From: Alphaproteobacteria bacterium
GTDB taxonomy: Bacteria > Pseudomonadota > Alphaproteobacteria > Paracaedibacterales > CAITNM01
Direction of reading: 5' to 3'
Assembly (NCBI GenBank): GCA_947487955.1
Contig: CANKYV010000002.1
Coordinates: forward strand, 36,466 to 100,465
DNA: 64,000 bases
The notes under the pieces are model-generated. The model was given only the letters and a program-made list of their open reading frames with translations, had not been told where the DNA came from and ran no database searches. This document shows positions 1-9,186 of this stretch, one piece after another. Position 1 is the stretch's first letter; the number at the start of each line of letters is the position of its first letter. The position numbers were made by a program, and so were the translations under genes.

Positions 1-36
1 AACATGAGCTGCGTCAATTAATAATTTTTTACTCAT
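1..36 (-). CDS. rne: RNase E N-terminus (partial, continues off the left edge)
   Basis: The reverse strand of 1-36 reads ATG AGT AAA AAA TTA TTA ATT GAC GCA GCT CAT GTT, which translates to MSKKLLIDAAHV. This matches the conserved alphaproteobacterial RNase E start (MSKKMLIDAAH...). Only 12 codons are visible. Confidence 0.4.
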   Translation of the reverse strand, partial: MSKKLLIDAAHV

Positions 37-342
37 AAATAAAATATCTCCAGTCGATAACAAGCGGCCAGGTTTGTAACATATTCTCCCAGCTCTCTAC
101 TTTGCTTTTCTTCATTAAACCATAAAAGCACAAAAACAGGCAAGTTTTTTTAATTTTCATAAAAATAAAAAAAATATATATATTATAAATTTACATTTTT
201 TTCATTACCTATAAATAAAATAACTAGTTTTTATTTTGTTTTTAAAGAAAAAATTTTATAAAATAGAAAAAAATAAACATATTATTAACAATATATTAAA
301 ATTGATATTTTAAAATAAAAACACCAATAAAAAATAATTTTT

Positions 343-672
343 ATGAAACTCTATATTAAAAAAATTATATGTATAATCGCAATCGCTATGCTGAATATAA
401 TATTCAGCAATGCTATTTTACCACTTTTAGAAATTCATAAATTGCGCTCCGAAAAATTAAGCAAAAATCGACTCTCTCATGGGAAAAAAATTCTTATAAA
501 ACGTCTTGGCGGCCAATCCCTATTTTTAATAAACAGCATAACAGATATGGCTAGTAGGATAGGATGTGACCAAAGCATGCAGATAGCTGCAAAACAAGGA
601 TTAGGCAAAAAATCATTGAAGTACAATACGTTGATTACCTCCGCTTGCGACGCAAAAAATAGAGAAAAATAA
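343..672 (+). CDS. Hypothetical small basic protein with a hydrophobic N-terminus
   Basis: A 109-aa ORF in an extremely AT-rich region. The N-terminal hydrophobic stretch is IICIIAIAMLNIIF. I recognised no family, and it could be a spurious AT-rich ORF. Confidence 0.25.
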   Translation: MKLYIKKIICIIAIAMLNIIFSNAILPLLEIHKLRSEKLSKNRLSHGKKILIKRLGGQSLFLINSITDMASRIGCDQSMQIAAKQGLGKKSLKYNTLITSACDAKNREK

Positions 673-676
673 AAAT

Positions 677-1264
677 CTATTTCATCTGAAAAATTGATGC
701 ATCAATATCTATGGCCATATGCGTTTTTTCGGGGTTTAAATGCACATTTGTTACAGATCCATCAGGATTTTGAATTGTCCATCCCAGCAAAATCATAACT
801 GGTAGCGGCTTAAAGTAAAGCGTCACTGGTATCTGACCTATAGGGCTATCATAAAATAAAAACAACTGCCAAAGGTCATTTCTTTTAGTCAAACTTTTTA
901 CTATGAACTTTTCTTCTTTAAAATTAATAGTCGGTTTTAATAAGATACCCGCTGGTGTATTCTCTGTTTCAATTTTTTGCACTTCTTGATTTTCTTGGTC
1001 GATAAAAAGCATCCCTTCCCTGGCTATCATAACGTTTTTTCCGTAATTAATACGCAAAAAACCATGATGACGATCTAACCAAATTTTTCCTTCAAAATAT
1101 TCTGATACCGAGTTTTTCTCTCCTGAGCAAATATCCATGGTCATATCAGCCTCAAGCGTATTCATAGAACTTAAAAACTGTTCAATGATTTTTAAGCTTG
1201 CCTCATCAACAACTGAAAAAACAGAGCTAAAAAACACAACAACTAATAACAGGAAGGCAGGCAT
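677..1264 (-). CDS. lolA: LolA-like outer-membrane lipoprotein carrier protein
   Basis: 195 aa with a signal peptide (MPAFLLLVVVFFSSVFS). Its size and beta-rich pattern (FEGKIWLDRHHGFLRINY ... LFIDQENQEVQ) are typical of the LolA family. Confidence 0.5.
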   Translation of the reverse strand: MPAFLLLVVVFFSSVFSVVDEASLKIIEQFLSSMNTLEADMTMDICSGEKNSVSEYFEGKIWLDRHHGFLRINYGKNVMIAREGMLFIDQENQEVQKIETENTPAGILLKPTINFKEEKFIVKSLTKRNDLWQLFLFYDSPIGQIPVTLYFKPLPVMILLGWTIQNPDGSVTNVHLNPEKTHMAIDIDASIFQMK

Positions 1265-1282
1265 AATACTTTCTCAAAATCT

Positions 1283-2659
1283 CTATAAGTAATAAGGACG
1301 AATAGAAAATAATTTTTCAATTTTATGAACAGATTCTTTTTGGGTGACAATAATAAGTCTGTCGTTTGCGCTTATATTCATACGATGAGGCAAGAAATGC
1401 AGGTCATCTTCTCGTATAAGCACAACCACCATAATTTCAGACATAATTGTTACGTCTTCAATATCAAGACCAATAATATGACTTGTCTCTCGAGCTCTAG
1501 CCTCAATCACAACAACATTACCTTCGGCAATTGGATGTATGCTTTGAAGATTACCTTCACGCACATGCTTTAAAATAGTCGATACTGTTAAAGCTTTGGG
1601 ACTAATTACTGCATCTGCCCCTAAAGAGGTAACCATTGATGCATACTGCATATTGTTTAAAAGCGCCAATGAACGTCTAGCGCCATGTCTTTTGCTAATT
1701 AAAGACGATAAAATATTAACTTTATCATCATTACTAACAGCAATAACCGTTTCACAATTTTCTATATTCGCTTCTTGAAGCAAATCGTAATCCAGTGCAT
1801 CACCATGCAGGATTTCCGTACGCTTTAAAAAACGTGCGATTTGTTCACAGCGTTTTGCATCCCTCTCGATAATGCGTGCATGAACATTTTTGTATTCTTT
1901 CTCCATACCAATAGCGAGATTTAATCCAATATTACCACCACCAACTATCAAAATTTCACGACTTTCTGATGTTGAATAACCAAATGCCTCCATTACGCCG
2001 TTAAGCTGTTCCTGCAAAGTAACAACATAAACTTCATCATCAACTAAAAGATGGTCACGTGATGAAGGAAAAATAACCTGCTCATCGCGCTTAATAAGCA
2101 CTATTGCTAAATCAAGATTAGGATACAAAGAATTGATATGTTTTATAGGTGTATTTATAATTCCTGAATGCGCCAAACACCTGATACCAATGAGCTTCAA
2201 TGACTCATCAACCAAAGAGACAACGTCGAAAGCTCCAGGAACGCGCAAATTTCTGCTTATGGTTTGAGCAACTTCAACTTCCGGAGAAATAATAACATCA
2301 ATAGTTAGTTGCTGAGATGCTAGCATCTCAGACCAAGAAGAGTGTAAATAGTTTTGATGTCTCACTCGTGCTATTTTCATGGGAACATCAAATAAGCACT
2401 TTGCAACTTCGCAAGCTATCATGTTGACTTCATCTGAAGAAGTCACCGCAATAATCAAATCTGCTTCCTTAGCACCAGCACGCTCAAGCACATCTGGATG
2501 AGAAGCAAACCCAAGAACTGGCTGCACATCAAGTTTATCAGAAATGATATCAAGAACTTGTGGAGAGTGATCTACAACGGTAATGTGATTTTGTTCTTGC
2601 ACTAAATAACGCGCAATACTAAATCCTACCTGGCCAGCACCAAGAATAATTGCTTTCAC
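1283..2659 (-). CDS. trkA: Trk potassium uptake system NAD-binding protein TrkA
   Basis: 458 aa with two Rossmann/KTN repeats (MKAIILGAGQVGFSIARYL; ILIVGGGNIGLNLA). It lies downstream of ntrYX, as in many alphaproteobacteria. Confidence 0.85.
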   Translation of the reverse strand: MKAIILGAGQVGFSIARYLVQEQNHITVVDHSPQVLDIISDKLDVQPVLGFASHPDVLERAGAKEADLIIAVTSSDEVNMIACEVAKCLFDVPMKIARVRHQNYLHSSWSEMLASQQLTIDVIISPEVEVAQTISRNLRVPGAFDVVSLVDESLKLIGIRCLAHSGIINTPIKHINSLYPNLDLAIVLIKRDEQVIFPSSRDHLLVDDEVYVVTLQEQLNGVMEAFGYSTSESREILIVGGGNIGLNLAIGMEKEYKNVHARIIERDAKRCEQIARFLKRTEILHGDALDYDLLQEANIENCETVIAVSNDDKVNILSSLISKRHGARRSLALLNNMQYASMVTSLGADAVISPKALTVSTILKHVREGNLQSIHPIAEGNVVVIEARARETSHIIGLDIEDVTIMSEIMVVVLIREDDLHFLPHRMNISANDRLIIVTQKESVHKIEKLFSIRPYYL

Positions 2660-2662
2660 TCT

Positions 2663-4054
2663 TTACCCTTCACGATAATCACCAACCCCTAATGCACGTA
2701 ATTTTCTATGTAGCGCAGATCTTTCCATTCCAATAAATCTTGCCGTTTGCGAAATATTTCCATCAAATCGCTGAATTTGAGCCAATAAATATTTTCTCTC
2801 AAAAGTTTCTCTAGCTTCACGCAAAGGAAGCACAATAATATCAGCAGATTTTTGCTGCCAATTTCCTCCAAGAGGTGTGTCATCCTGAATCTCTGGCGGA
2901 AGCATTTCAGGAAGTATTGCACTGGCAGGATCCCCACCAGCCATTATTAAAAGCCATTCAACAACATTTTTGAGCTGCACAATATTTCCAGGCCAATTAT
3001 ATGTTTGCAAAATTGTTAATGAAGAATCATCAATTTTTCTAGTCATTGAACAACGGTTTTTAGCAATACTTTCCATAAAATATGATATTAGAAGGGGTAT
3101 ATCACTTGCTCGCTCTTTCAATGAAGGAAGTCGAATATGATTCGCAGTAAAACGATAGTACAAATCTTCACGTAAATTTCCGTTTTGTACTAGGTCATTC
3201 AAGTTCTCGGATGTGCTTGCAAAATACCTGATATCAACCTTAATAGGATCTTTGGCACCCAACCGAAAAAATGTACCATCTTGTAATAATTTTACGATTT
3301 TACCTTGGATAGGCAGGGGCAAAAGCTGAATCTCTTCCAGATATAAAGTCCCTCCATGTGTTTTTTCAACAATACCAATCTTTCGAGGCTCATTTTGATT
3401 TTGCCCTTGAATCTCTGTGCCAAAAAGCTCTGCTTCAATAGTAGTAGGATGTACACTACCACAATGAAATACAGTAAAAGGTAAACTTGCTCGCTTTGAA
3501 AGCCTGTGTATTTCGCGAGCAACTGTTTCTTTTCCGGTACCCTGTTGCCCTGTTATAAATGCTCTGCTATTTCCTTCTGCTATCTCTTCAATAAGATGAC
3601 GAATCTGTTCTATAGCCAAACTCTTTCCAACAAGACCAGAATTACCAGTTTTCTGACGCAATTCGTCGTTTTCGCGTTTTAAAGAAGATGACTCAATAGC
3701 ACGTTCGACAACCATAAGTAAGCGTTCTGTTTTAAAAGGTTTCTCAATAAAATCGTAGGCCCCCTTTTTTATAGCACTAACCGCAGTTTCAATTGTACTG
3801 TGACCACTAACCATAACGGCCGGCACATACGGATGATCTCGCTTTATAATTTCTAAAATTTTTAAACCATCTCGTTCGCCATCCCCCAACCACACATCCA
3901 GCACGACCAGATTCGGCTGGCGTTTTTTTATTTCTTCTAAAGCCTGCACCCCATCAGCTGCAACCCGGCAATTGTAGCCTTCATCACTGAGAATTCCACT
4001 AATAAGTTCGCGAATATCTTTCTCATCATCTACAACTAAAATATCAAACGCCAT
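2663..4054 (-). CDS. ntrX: NtrX-type response regulator (receiver + AAA+ + HTH)
   Basis: Contains a receiver domain (ILVVDDEKDIRE ... VVLDVWL), an AAA+ Walker A motif (ITGQQGTGKE) and a C-terminal Fis-type HTH. The segment ELFGTEIQGQNQ lacks the GAFTGA sigma-54 contact motif, as is typical for NtrX. It overlaps ntrY by 11 nt. Confidence 0.85.
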   Translation of the reverse strand: MAFDILVVDDEKDIRELISGILSDEGYNCRVAADGVQALEEIKKRQPNLVVLDVWLGDGERDGLKILEIIKRDHPYVPAVMVSGHSTIETAVSAIKKGAYDFIEKPFKTERLLMVVERAIESSSLKRENDELRQKTGNSGLVGKSLAIEQIRHLIEEIAEGNSRAFITGQQGTGKETVAREIHRLSKRASLPFTVFHCGSVHPTTIEAELFGTEIQGQNQNEPRKIGIVEKTHGGTLYLEEIQLLPLPIQGKIVKLLQDGTFFRLGAKDPIKVDIRYFASTSENLNDLVQNGNLREDLYYRFTANHIRLPSLKERASDIPLLISYFMESIAKNRCSMTRKIDDSSLTILQTYNWPGNIVQLKNVVEWLLIMAGGDPASAILPEMLPPEIQDDTPLGGNWQQKSADIIVLPLREARETFERKYLLAQIQRFDGNISQTARFIGMERSALHRKLRALGVGDYREG

Positions 4055-5870
4055 GCTGTTCCTTCTTTGAATAAGAAAACTCTAAAACAACTCTTGCACC
4101 TGATTGATGCTCATTGTCTTTAAATTCTATATTTCCATTGTGATCCATTGCAATTTTAGAAACAATCGCTAAACCTAATCCAGTACCTTTTTCACGTGTT
4201 GTATAATAAGGCTCAATCAAGCGTTCACGATTTTCTTTTTCAAAACCAGGACCATTATCTTCAATAATCATATAAAAATGTTTATCATCAGGCAACAATC
4301 TAAGTGAAATTAATGGTTTTAAAACTTTACTTTCCTCTACTGCATTAATAGCATTTTGTAAAAGATTTGTAAGTACTTGGTTAATTTGTTGACTATCACA
4401 ATCCCACAAAAAATTTTTAGGACCTTTAAATTCAAAATTAATATGGGGATAAGCCTGAATCTGCAAATCCATTGCTTGTTTACATAAATCAACAAGATCC
4501 TCTTCTTGTGTTTTTGGGTCCGGCATTCTTGCAAATGCTGAAAATTCATTCACAAGATTACCTATATGGTTTACTTGACGAATAATTGTATCAATACAAT
4601 TTTGGAAGGTATCTGGATCTTTTTCAATCTGCTGAAGATACTTCCGTTTTAACCGCTCCGCCGAAAGTTGAATCGGCGTTAAAGGATTTTTAATTTCATG
4701 AGCGATTTTTCTAGCCACATCAGCCCAAGCAGCTTTCCTTTGATTAAAGGCAAGCTCTTCATTCTGTTTTTTCAAGCGTTGAGTCATATGATTAAACGCC
4801 CCTATCAAATTATCAATTTCGTTGTTCAAAGGCTTATTTGTTATACGAACTGTCAAATCACCCTGACTTACACGGTGAGCAGCTTCAATAAGCTTAGAAA
4901 TAGGCGAAAATAGCGTATTAGCAAGAGATAAACCTAGCCATGCAGATGCTAAAATCAGAACTAAAACTAAAACCGCAAAAAATGCCAGGAATGTCAATTG
5001 TATATCCCCCTGCTGAAGCTCTAACATTGAGTAAGCTGTCACTGCTCCCTTAGCTTTTTTCATTGCTTTCGTAACTTCCTCAGAAACAGTTTTTCCAATA
5101 AATAAATAGGTATCACTGACTGGATCTAACTGTATAAGTGCGCGAACCTTATCTTTATGAGTGAACAAAACAATCTCACCTTCTTTGGCTTTGCTTAAGT
5201 CTTGCAAAGTAATATTTTCAAAGGCTAACGCAAAAGTAAAATATGATTTCGCAATAATATTAAGATGACCATCAAAAACAATGACCTCATTAAGGCCACG
5301 CTGCTCAGACAGTTGAGTTAATCCATGATTAAATTCCTCTGTATTTTGCAAAAGGGCGGAGGTGATGGGACGTAACTGCATCACCATGCTCATTCCATCG
5401 ATGCGAATTGTTTTTTGGTTTTCCTTTATATAATTTTCAGCGATTTCTGTGGCAGCATTGATAGTAGTTTTGAATGGTTCTGTAAATAACGATTTAATAG
5501 ATGAATTAAAAAAGAAAGTTGAGAACACTGAAATTCCAACAGCTGGGAGCAAACAAGTAATTGCTAAAACCATTATCAAATGCAAATGTAATTTTGTGCC
5601 ACGAATCCCTCTTTTTCGGTCCAACCATAAAGCGACAACTCGCCTGACAATAAATATAAGCATTAACACCAGAAGGCCAAGATTGATGTAAAGATAAGGC
5701 AAGACAGCAGCAGCTCTTAAAACCCCAGAACCAAGATGCATAACCCAAAGCGTGGCAATACATGAGCAAAGAGCAAGAAACATAACGACATACTGCATAT
5801 TTTTTGTAACTTTATCGCTACTCAAAAGCTGCATAATTCTTGCAGTAAAAGATGAAGTATCCACTATCAT
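4044..5870 (-). CDS. ntrY: NtrY-type sensor histidine kinase
   Basis: Has N-terminal TM helices, a HAMP domain (SQGDLTVRI...AFNHMTQRLKKQ), an H-box (ARKIAHEIKNPLTPIQLSAERL) characteristic of NtrY, and an HATPase domain (EDNGPGF ... GTGLGLAIV). Confidence 0.85.
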   Translation of the reverse strand: MIVDTSSFTARIMQLLSSDKVTKNMQYVVMFLALCSCIATLWVMHLGSGVLRAAAVLPYLYINLGLLVLMLIFIVRRVVALWLDRKRGIRGTKLHLHLIMVLAITCLLPAVGISVFSTFFFNSSIKSLFTEPFKTTINAATEIAENYIKENQKTIRIDGMSMVMQLRPITSALLQNTEEFNHGLTQLSEQRGLNEVIVFDGHLNIIAKSYFTFALAFENITLQDLSKAKEGEIVLFTHKDKVRALIQLDPVSDTYLFIGKTVSEEVTKAMKKAKGAVTAYSMLELQQGDIQLTFLAFFAVLVLVLILASAWLGLSLANTLFSPISKLIEAAHRVSQGDLTVRITNKPLNNEIDNLIGAFNHMTQRLKKQNEELAFNQRKAAWADVARKIAHEIKNPLTPIQLSAERLKRKYLQQIEKDPDTFQNCIDTIIRQVNHIGNLVNEFSAFARMPDPKTQEEDLVDLCKQAMDLQIQAYPHINFEFKGPKNFLWDCDSQQINQVLTNLLQNAINAVEESKVLKPLISLRLLPDDKHFYMIIEDNGPGFEKENRERLIEPYYTTREKGTGLGLAIVSKIAMDHNGNIEFKDNEHQSGARVVLEFSYSKKEQHGV

Positions 5871-5955
5871 TTTATTTTTCTTGTGCGTTGATCTTAGACA
5901 TATTCTTTCGCATAATTAAGCAAAGAGACTAAAAGTAGTATAAGACATATTTATC

Positions 5956-6867
5956 ATGCTTCAAAGGTTTGCGCTATGCTTGTTAATAACCTCGTTAAAA
6001 TTAAATTCAGCAGATGATGAATTTAATATTCAGCAAAAAATTCAAACCACGACAAGTAAGCTTTACAATAACATCACACTGGCAGCCAAACGTTGTCTAG
6101 TGTCACTTCCTTTTGACTGCCTCATAATCACTAGGCAAGTAACTGGCGCCCCCTACTCAGAAATTTCCGAGAATTTAATTCGTAAAAACACATCTTTAAC
6201 AAAAATTTTTAAAGTTCATTTTATAGAAACTTTCCTTAGGGCTGAAATGATTTATAACCTTTTTCCTTTTGTCAGCAGAGGAACAAAAGAATGCTTTCCC
6301 AGATTTTCAGAGTTATATCCCTTAGCACCCTCTATTGCAGCAGCAACAGCAATAGCCATAGGAGATATAGTGACTGCAAATCCATTTGAGCGCGTGAAAG
6401 TTTGCTATATTCGTAAGCTACCTATTCCTTTTTATTCATCGGATAAATTTGATTTTTCTGAATTCGCTAAAAGTAGAAAATGGCTTTTCACAGGAGGTAG
6501 CGTAACTTTTTTATCAAGTTTTGTTCATGTAGGCACCTTTTTAACACTCAACCATCACCTAAAACACTGGTTATTTAATAAAGAGAATGCTCTTACATTT
6601 TATGAATCATGCTTAATAGGCCCAATCATATCAACAGCACAAGCCACCATTTCATTTCCTCTCCTAACTTTCCGTGCAAAATTGCATGCAGAGCAATTGG
6701 AAGTGTTATCCAGAGGTATAATCAGTATTTCAGCGCCGCAATATTTTTACCAACTCTACCAAACAAATATGTTACCTGGTTTATTTTATGGCTGGCGAGC
6801 ACGTGCTGCACGTGGAACTATTATGGCAATGCTTGACACTTATTGGTTAAATCAAACTGCAAAATAA
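5956..6867 (+). CDS. Divergent mitochondrial carrier family (MCF/SLC25)-like protein
   Basis: 303 aa with three repeats of about 90-100 aa. Each repeat begins with a degenerate carrier signature P-x-[DE]-x-x-[KR]: PFDCLIITRQ (about aa 52), PFERVKV (about aa 144) and PLLTFRAK (about aa 234). Each is followed by a G-rich second motif: WLFTGGSVTFL and GLFYGWRARAARGTIMAMLDTYW. The size and tripartite layout fit MCF, but individual motifs are degraded. Confidence 0.4.
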   Translation: MLQRFALCLLITSLKLNSADDEFNIQQKIQTTTSKLYNNITLAAKRCLVSLPFDCLIITRQVTGAPYSEISENLIRKNTSLTKIFKVHFIETFLRAEMIYNLFPFVSRGTKECFPRFSELYPLAPSIAAATAIAIGDIVTANPFERVKVCYIRKLPIPFYSSDKFDFSEFAKSRKWLFTGGSVTFLSSFVHVGTFLTLNHHLKHWLFNKENALTFYESCLIGPIISTAQATISFPLLTFRAKLHAEQLEVLSRGIISISAPQYFYQLYQTNMLPGLFYGWRARAARGTIMAMLDTYWLNQTAK

Positions 6868-6945
6868 TACCATTTTATGATTCTAGCCCTAGATTAATCT
6901 GGCAGCCTTTGTTAGGTTACACTATTAATATTTGCGATACTAAAA

Positions 6946-7800
6946 ATGCAATCTGATCAGTGCATGTCCTTTTACCTAAGCAATGGTTTAGTAAAGGGGC
7001 ATTTTTGTCGATTAAGCACCTCAATTACTAATGCCCTAGAAAATCACAATTATTCTAATAAAATTAAATCCCTACTTGCGGAAATGGCAGCTATTTCTCA
7101 ATGTTTTACTATGGATATAAAGACGGATTCACAAACAACGATGCAGATAACAGGAACTTCTCCTGTCAAATTAGCATTGGTTAATTCGCTAAATTGCGAA
7201 TCTTTTAGATGCTGCGCAACGATAAATCAGCAGGCTAGCAAAAATATTGACCAACTATCATTACCTCAAGTATTTGGACAAGATGGAAAGCTTATTTTTA
7301 CAATAGATTTTGCCAATCAGTATTATCAAACCATTGTTGAATTGAATGCTTCAAGCTTACAAGAATGCTTTCAGCATTACTTCATTCAATCTCAGCAAAT
7401 TCCAACAATTGTCATGGTATGCAGCACGGTAGAAGATAAAAAAATTGAAAGCGCGGCTCTAATATTACAAAAAATGCCCTCAATTTCAAAAACACACATA
7501 GAGGAAGAGAATCAAACGTGGCATGAGGCTGCATGCTTTGCTTCCACCATAAAACCTCAAGAATTGATTGACACTAAATCCTCATTGAAAAACTTTATTA
7601 GCCTAGTATTTAATGATTTAAATCCAGTTGTTTCACGTGAAACATCTCTATCTTTTTGCTGCACTTGCAATAACAAAAAGATTGTCGACATCCTTAAAAA
7701 TTTTGGAGACCAGGATTTAAATGAGGAAAAAATTTTTGAAGTTGTGTGTGAATATTGCAATAAAAAATACACTATAGACAAAACAGAAATTGATTCATAG
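6946..7800 (+). CDS. hslO: Hsp33 redox-regulated chaperone
   Basis: 284 aa with the C-terminal zinc/redox switch CxC...CxxC (FCCTCNNKK...VVCEYCNKKY) and an Hsp33-like N-terminal domain. Confidence 0.8.
   Translation: MQSDQCMSFYLSNGLVKGHFCRLSTSITNALENHNYSNKIKSLLAEMAAISQCFTMDIKTDSQTTMQITGTSPVKLALVNSLNCESFRCCATINQQASKNIDQLSLPQVFGQDGKLIFTIDFANQYYQTIVELNASSLQECFQHYFIQSQQIPTIVMVCSTVEDKKIESAALILQKMPSISKTHIEEENQTWHEAACFASTIKPQELIDTKSSLKNFISLVFNDLNPVVSRETSLSFCCTCNNKKIVDILKNFGDQDLNEEKIFEVVCEYCNKKYTIDKTEIDS
7629..7644. promoter_or_regulatory. parS: parS centromere-like site (perfect palindrome TGTTTCACGTGAAACA)
   Basis: An exact 16-mer match to the canonical ParB-binding parS consensus. It is embedded in the hslO coding sequence, where it encodes VSRET. 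Confidence 0.8.
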
Positions 7801-7851
7801 AATTTAACAAATAGCCTTCGTCACTCTTGTTTTTATAATTTTACAGATACA

Positions 7852-8421
7852 ATGACAGCAGAAACCTTTAAACTATTTGTTACTGAATTAATAAAATGGA
7901 ATAAATCTATTAATTTAATTCAAGGAAAAACCGAAGAAGAATTATACAAGCGGCATATTCTTAACTCTTTAGAATTAAAACCTTATCTAGACTATGAAAA
8001 TGATATCATTCTAGATATAGGCTCCGGCGCAGGATTTCCAGCTATTATTCTAGCAATTGATGGCGCAAAGAATGTGCATTTGGTTGAACCCACAGGGAAA
8101 AAAGCTATTTTTTTAAAACATATACAAAAGTTATACAACTTACCCATTACAGTTCACCAGAAAAGATGGCAAGATTTAAACATTAATAATCCAACCGCAG
8201 TTATTAGCAGAGCTTTTGCATCACTAACGGAGTTATTAGAAATAATAAATTTTGTTTCACGTGAAACAAACAAAGCACGAGGACTCTTTTTAAAGGGCGA
8301 AAAAATAAAAGAAGAAATTTCTGAAGCAAACAAAAAATGGAAATTCGAAGTAGAAGTTTTTCAAAGTTCCACGCATGAAACAGGATGTATTGCAAAAGTA
8401 TGGGGAGTCTATAAAAAATGA
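7852..8421 (+). CDS. rsmG: 16S rRNA (guanine527-N7)-methyltransferase RsmG (GidB)
   Basis: 189 aa with the SAM motif DIGSGAGFPAIILAI. It lies directly upstream of parA with a 4-nt overlap, the conserved gidB-parA-parB synteny. Confidence 0.85.
   Translation: MTAETFKLFVTELIKWNKSINLIQGKTEEELYKRHILNSLELKPYLDYENDIILDIGSGAGFPAIILAIDGAKNVHLVEPTGKKAIFLKHIQKLYNLPITVHQKRWQDLNINNPTAVISRAFASLTELLEIINFVSRETNKARGLFLKGEKIKEEISEANKKWKFEVEVFQSSTHETGCIAKVWGVYKK
8253..8268. promoter_or_regulatory. parS: parS centromere-like site (perfect palindrome TGTTTCACGTGAAACA)
   Basis: A second exact copy of the 16-mer, embedded in rsmG (again encoding VSRET). It lies about 150 bp upstream of the parA start. Confidence 0.8.
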
Positions 8422-9176
8422 CAGCAAAAATTATTATGTTTGCAAACCAAAAAGGTGGCGTTGGAAAAACGACTACAGCCGTTAATATGGCAACTATCAT
8501 TGCGGCTTCCCAGTACAAAACACTTCTAATCGATTTTGATCCACAAGGAAATAGCACCTCTGGGGTTAATGGAGAAAAACAACATTTTGGTGCATACGCA
8601 TGGATGACAGGAACCCCAGGAAATCCAATCCAAAAAACCTACATTCCACACTTACATTTGATTAGCGCCAACATGGAATTAGCTGCAGCAGACATAGAGC
8701 TGCTCCAAACACAAAAGAGAGAATTTGTTTTGCAAGAAAAACTCGAACAATATAAAAGTGAATATGATTATATAGTTATTGACTGCCCTCCCTCTCTTGG
8801 TCTTTTAACGGTAAATGCCTTAACCGCAAGCTCACATATTATTGTACCAATGCAATGCGAATATTATGCCCTTGAAGGTATTAGTCATATTATGCAAATA
8901 ATCCAGCGGGTACAAAGTGGACTTAATCCTCACCTTCAATTACTTGGGATTCTTTTAACCATGTATGATAAACGCAGCTCTCTTAACCAACAAATAGCTA
9001 ATGATATCCGCTTCCATTTTCAGCAAAAGGTTTTTTCAGCGGTAATCCCAAGAAATGTTAAAATTGCAGAGGCACCATCACATGGAAAACCTATTATTTT
9101 GTATGATGTTAGAAGCACAGGAGCTATATCGTATATGGATGCAACAAAAGAACTACTTCAGCGCGTAAATATATAG
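8418..9176 (+). CDS. parA: Chromosome partitioning ATPase ParA (Soj)
   Basis: Has the deviant Walker A motif ANQKGGVGKTTTAVN. Length (252 aa) and position upstream of parB fit. Confidence 0.9.
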   Translation: MTAKIIMFANQKGGVGKTTTAVNMATIIAASQYKTLLIDFDPQGNSTSGVNGEKQHFGAYAWMTGTPGNPIQKTYIPHLHLISANMELAAADIELLQTQKREFVLQEKLEQYKSEYDYIVIDCPPSLGLLTVNALTASSHIIVPMQCEYYALEGISHIMQIIQRVQSGLNPHLQLLGILLTMYDKRSSLNQQIANDIRFHFQQKVFSAVIPRNVKIAEAPSHGKPIILYDVRSTGAISYMDATKELLQRVNI

Positions 9177-9186
9177 GAGAAATATA

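Noticed and set aside
120-340. The AT-rich tract at the left edge as an alternative replication origin
   Set aside because: I found no TTATNCACA-like boxes in it. The hemE-adjacent region has both a box cluster and the conserved synteny.
8204-8557. A 117-aa minus-strand ORF spanning the rsmG/parA junction
   Set aside because: It is antisense to two highly conserved genes. It merely reads through the palindromic parS site (FHVK) and has no independent support.
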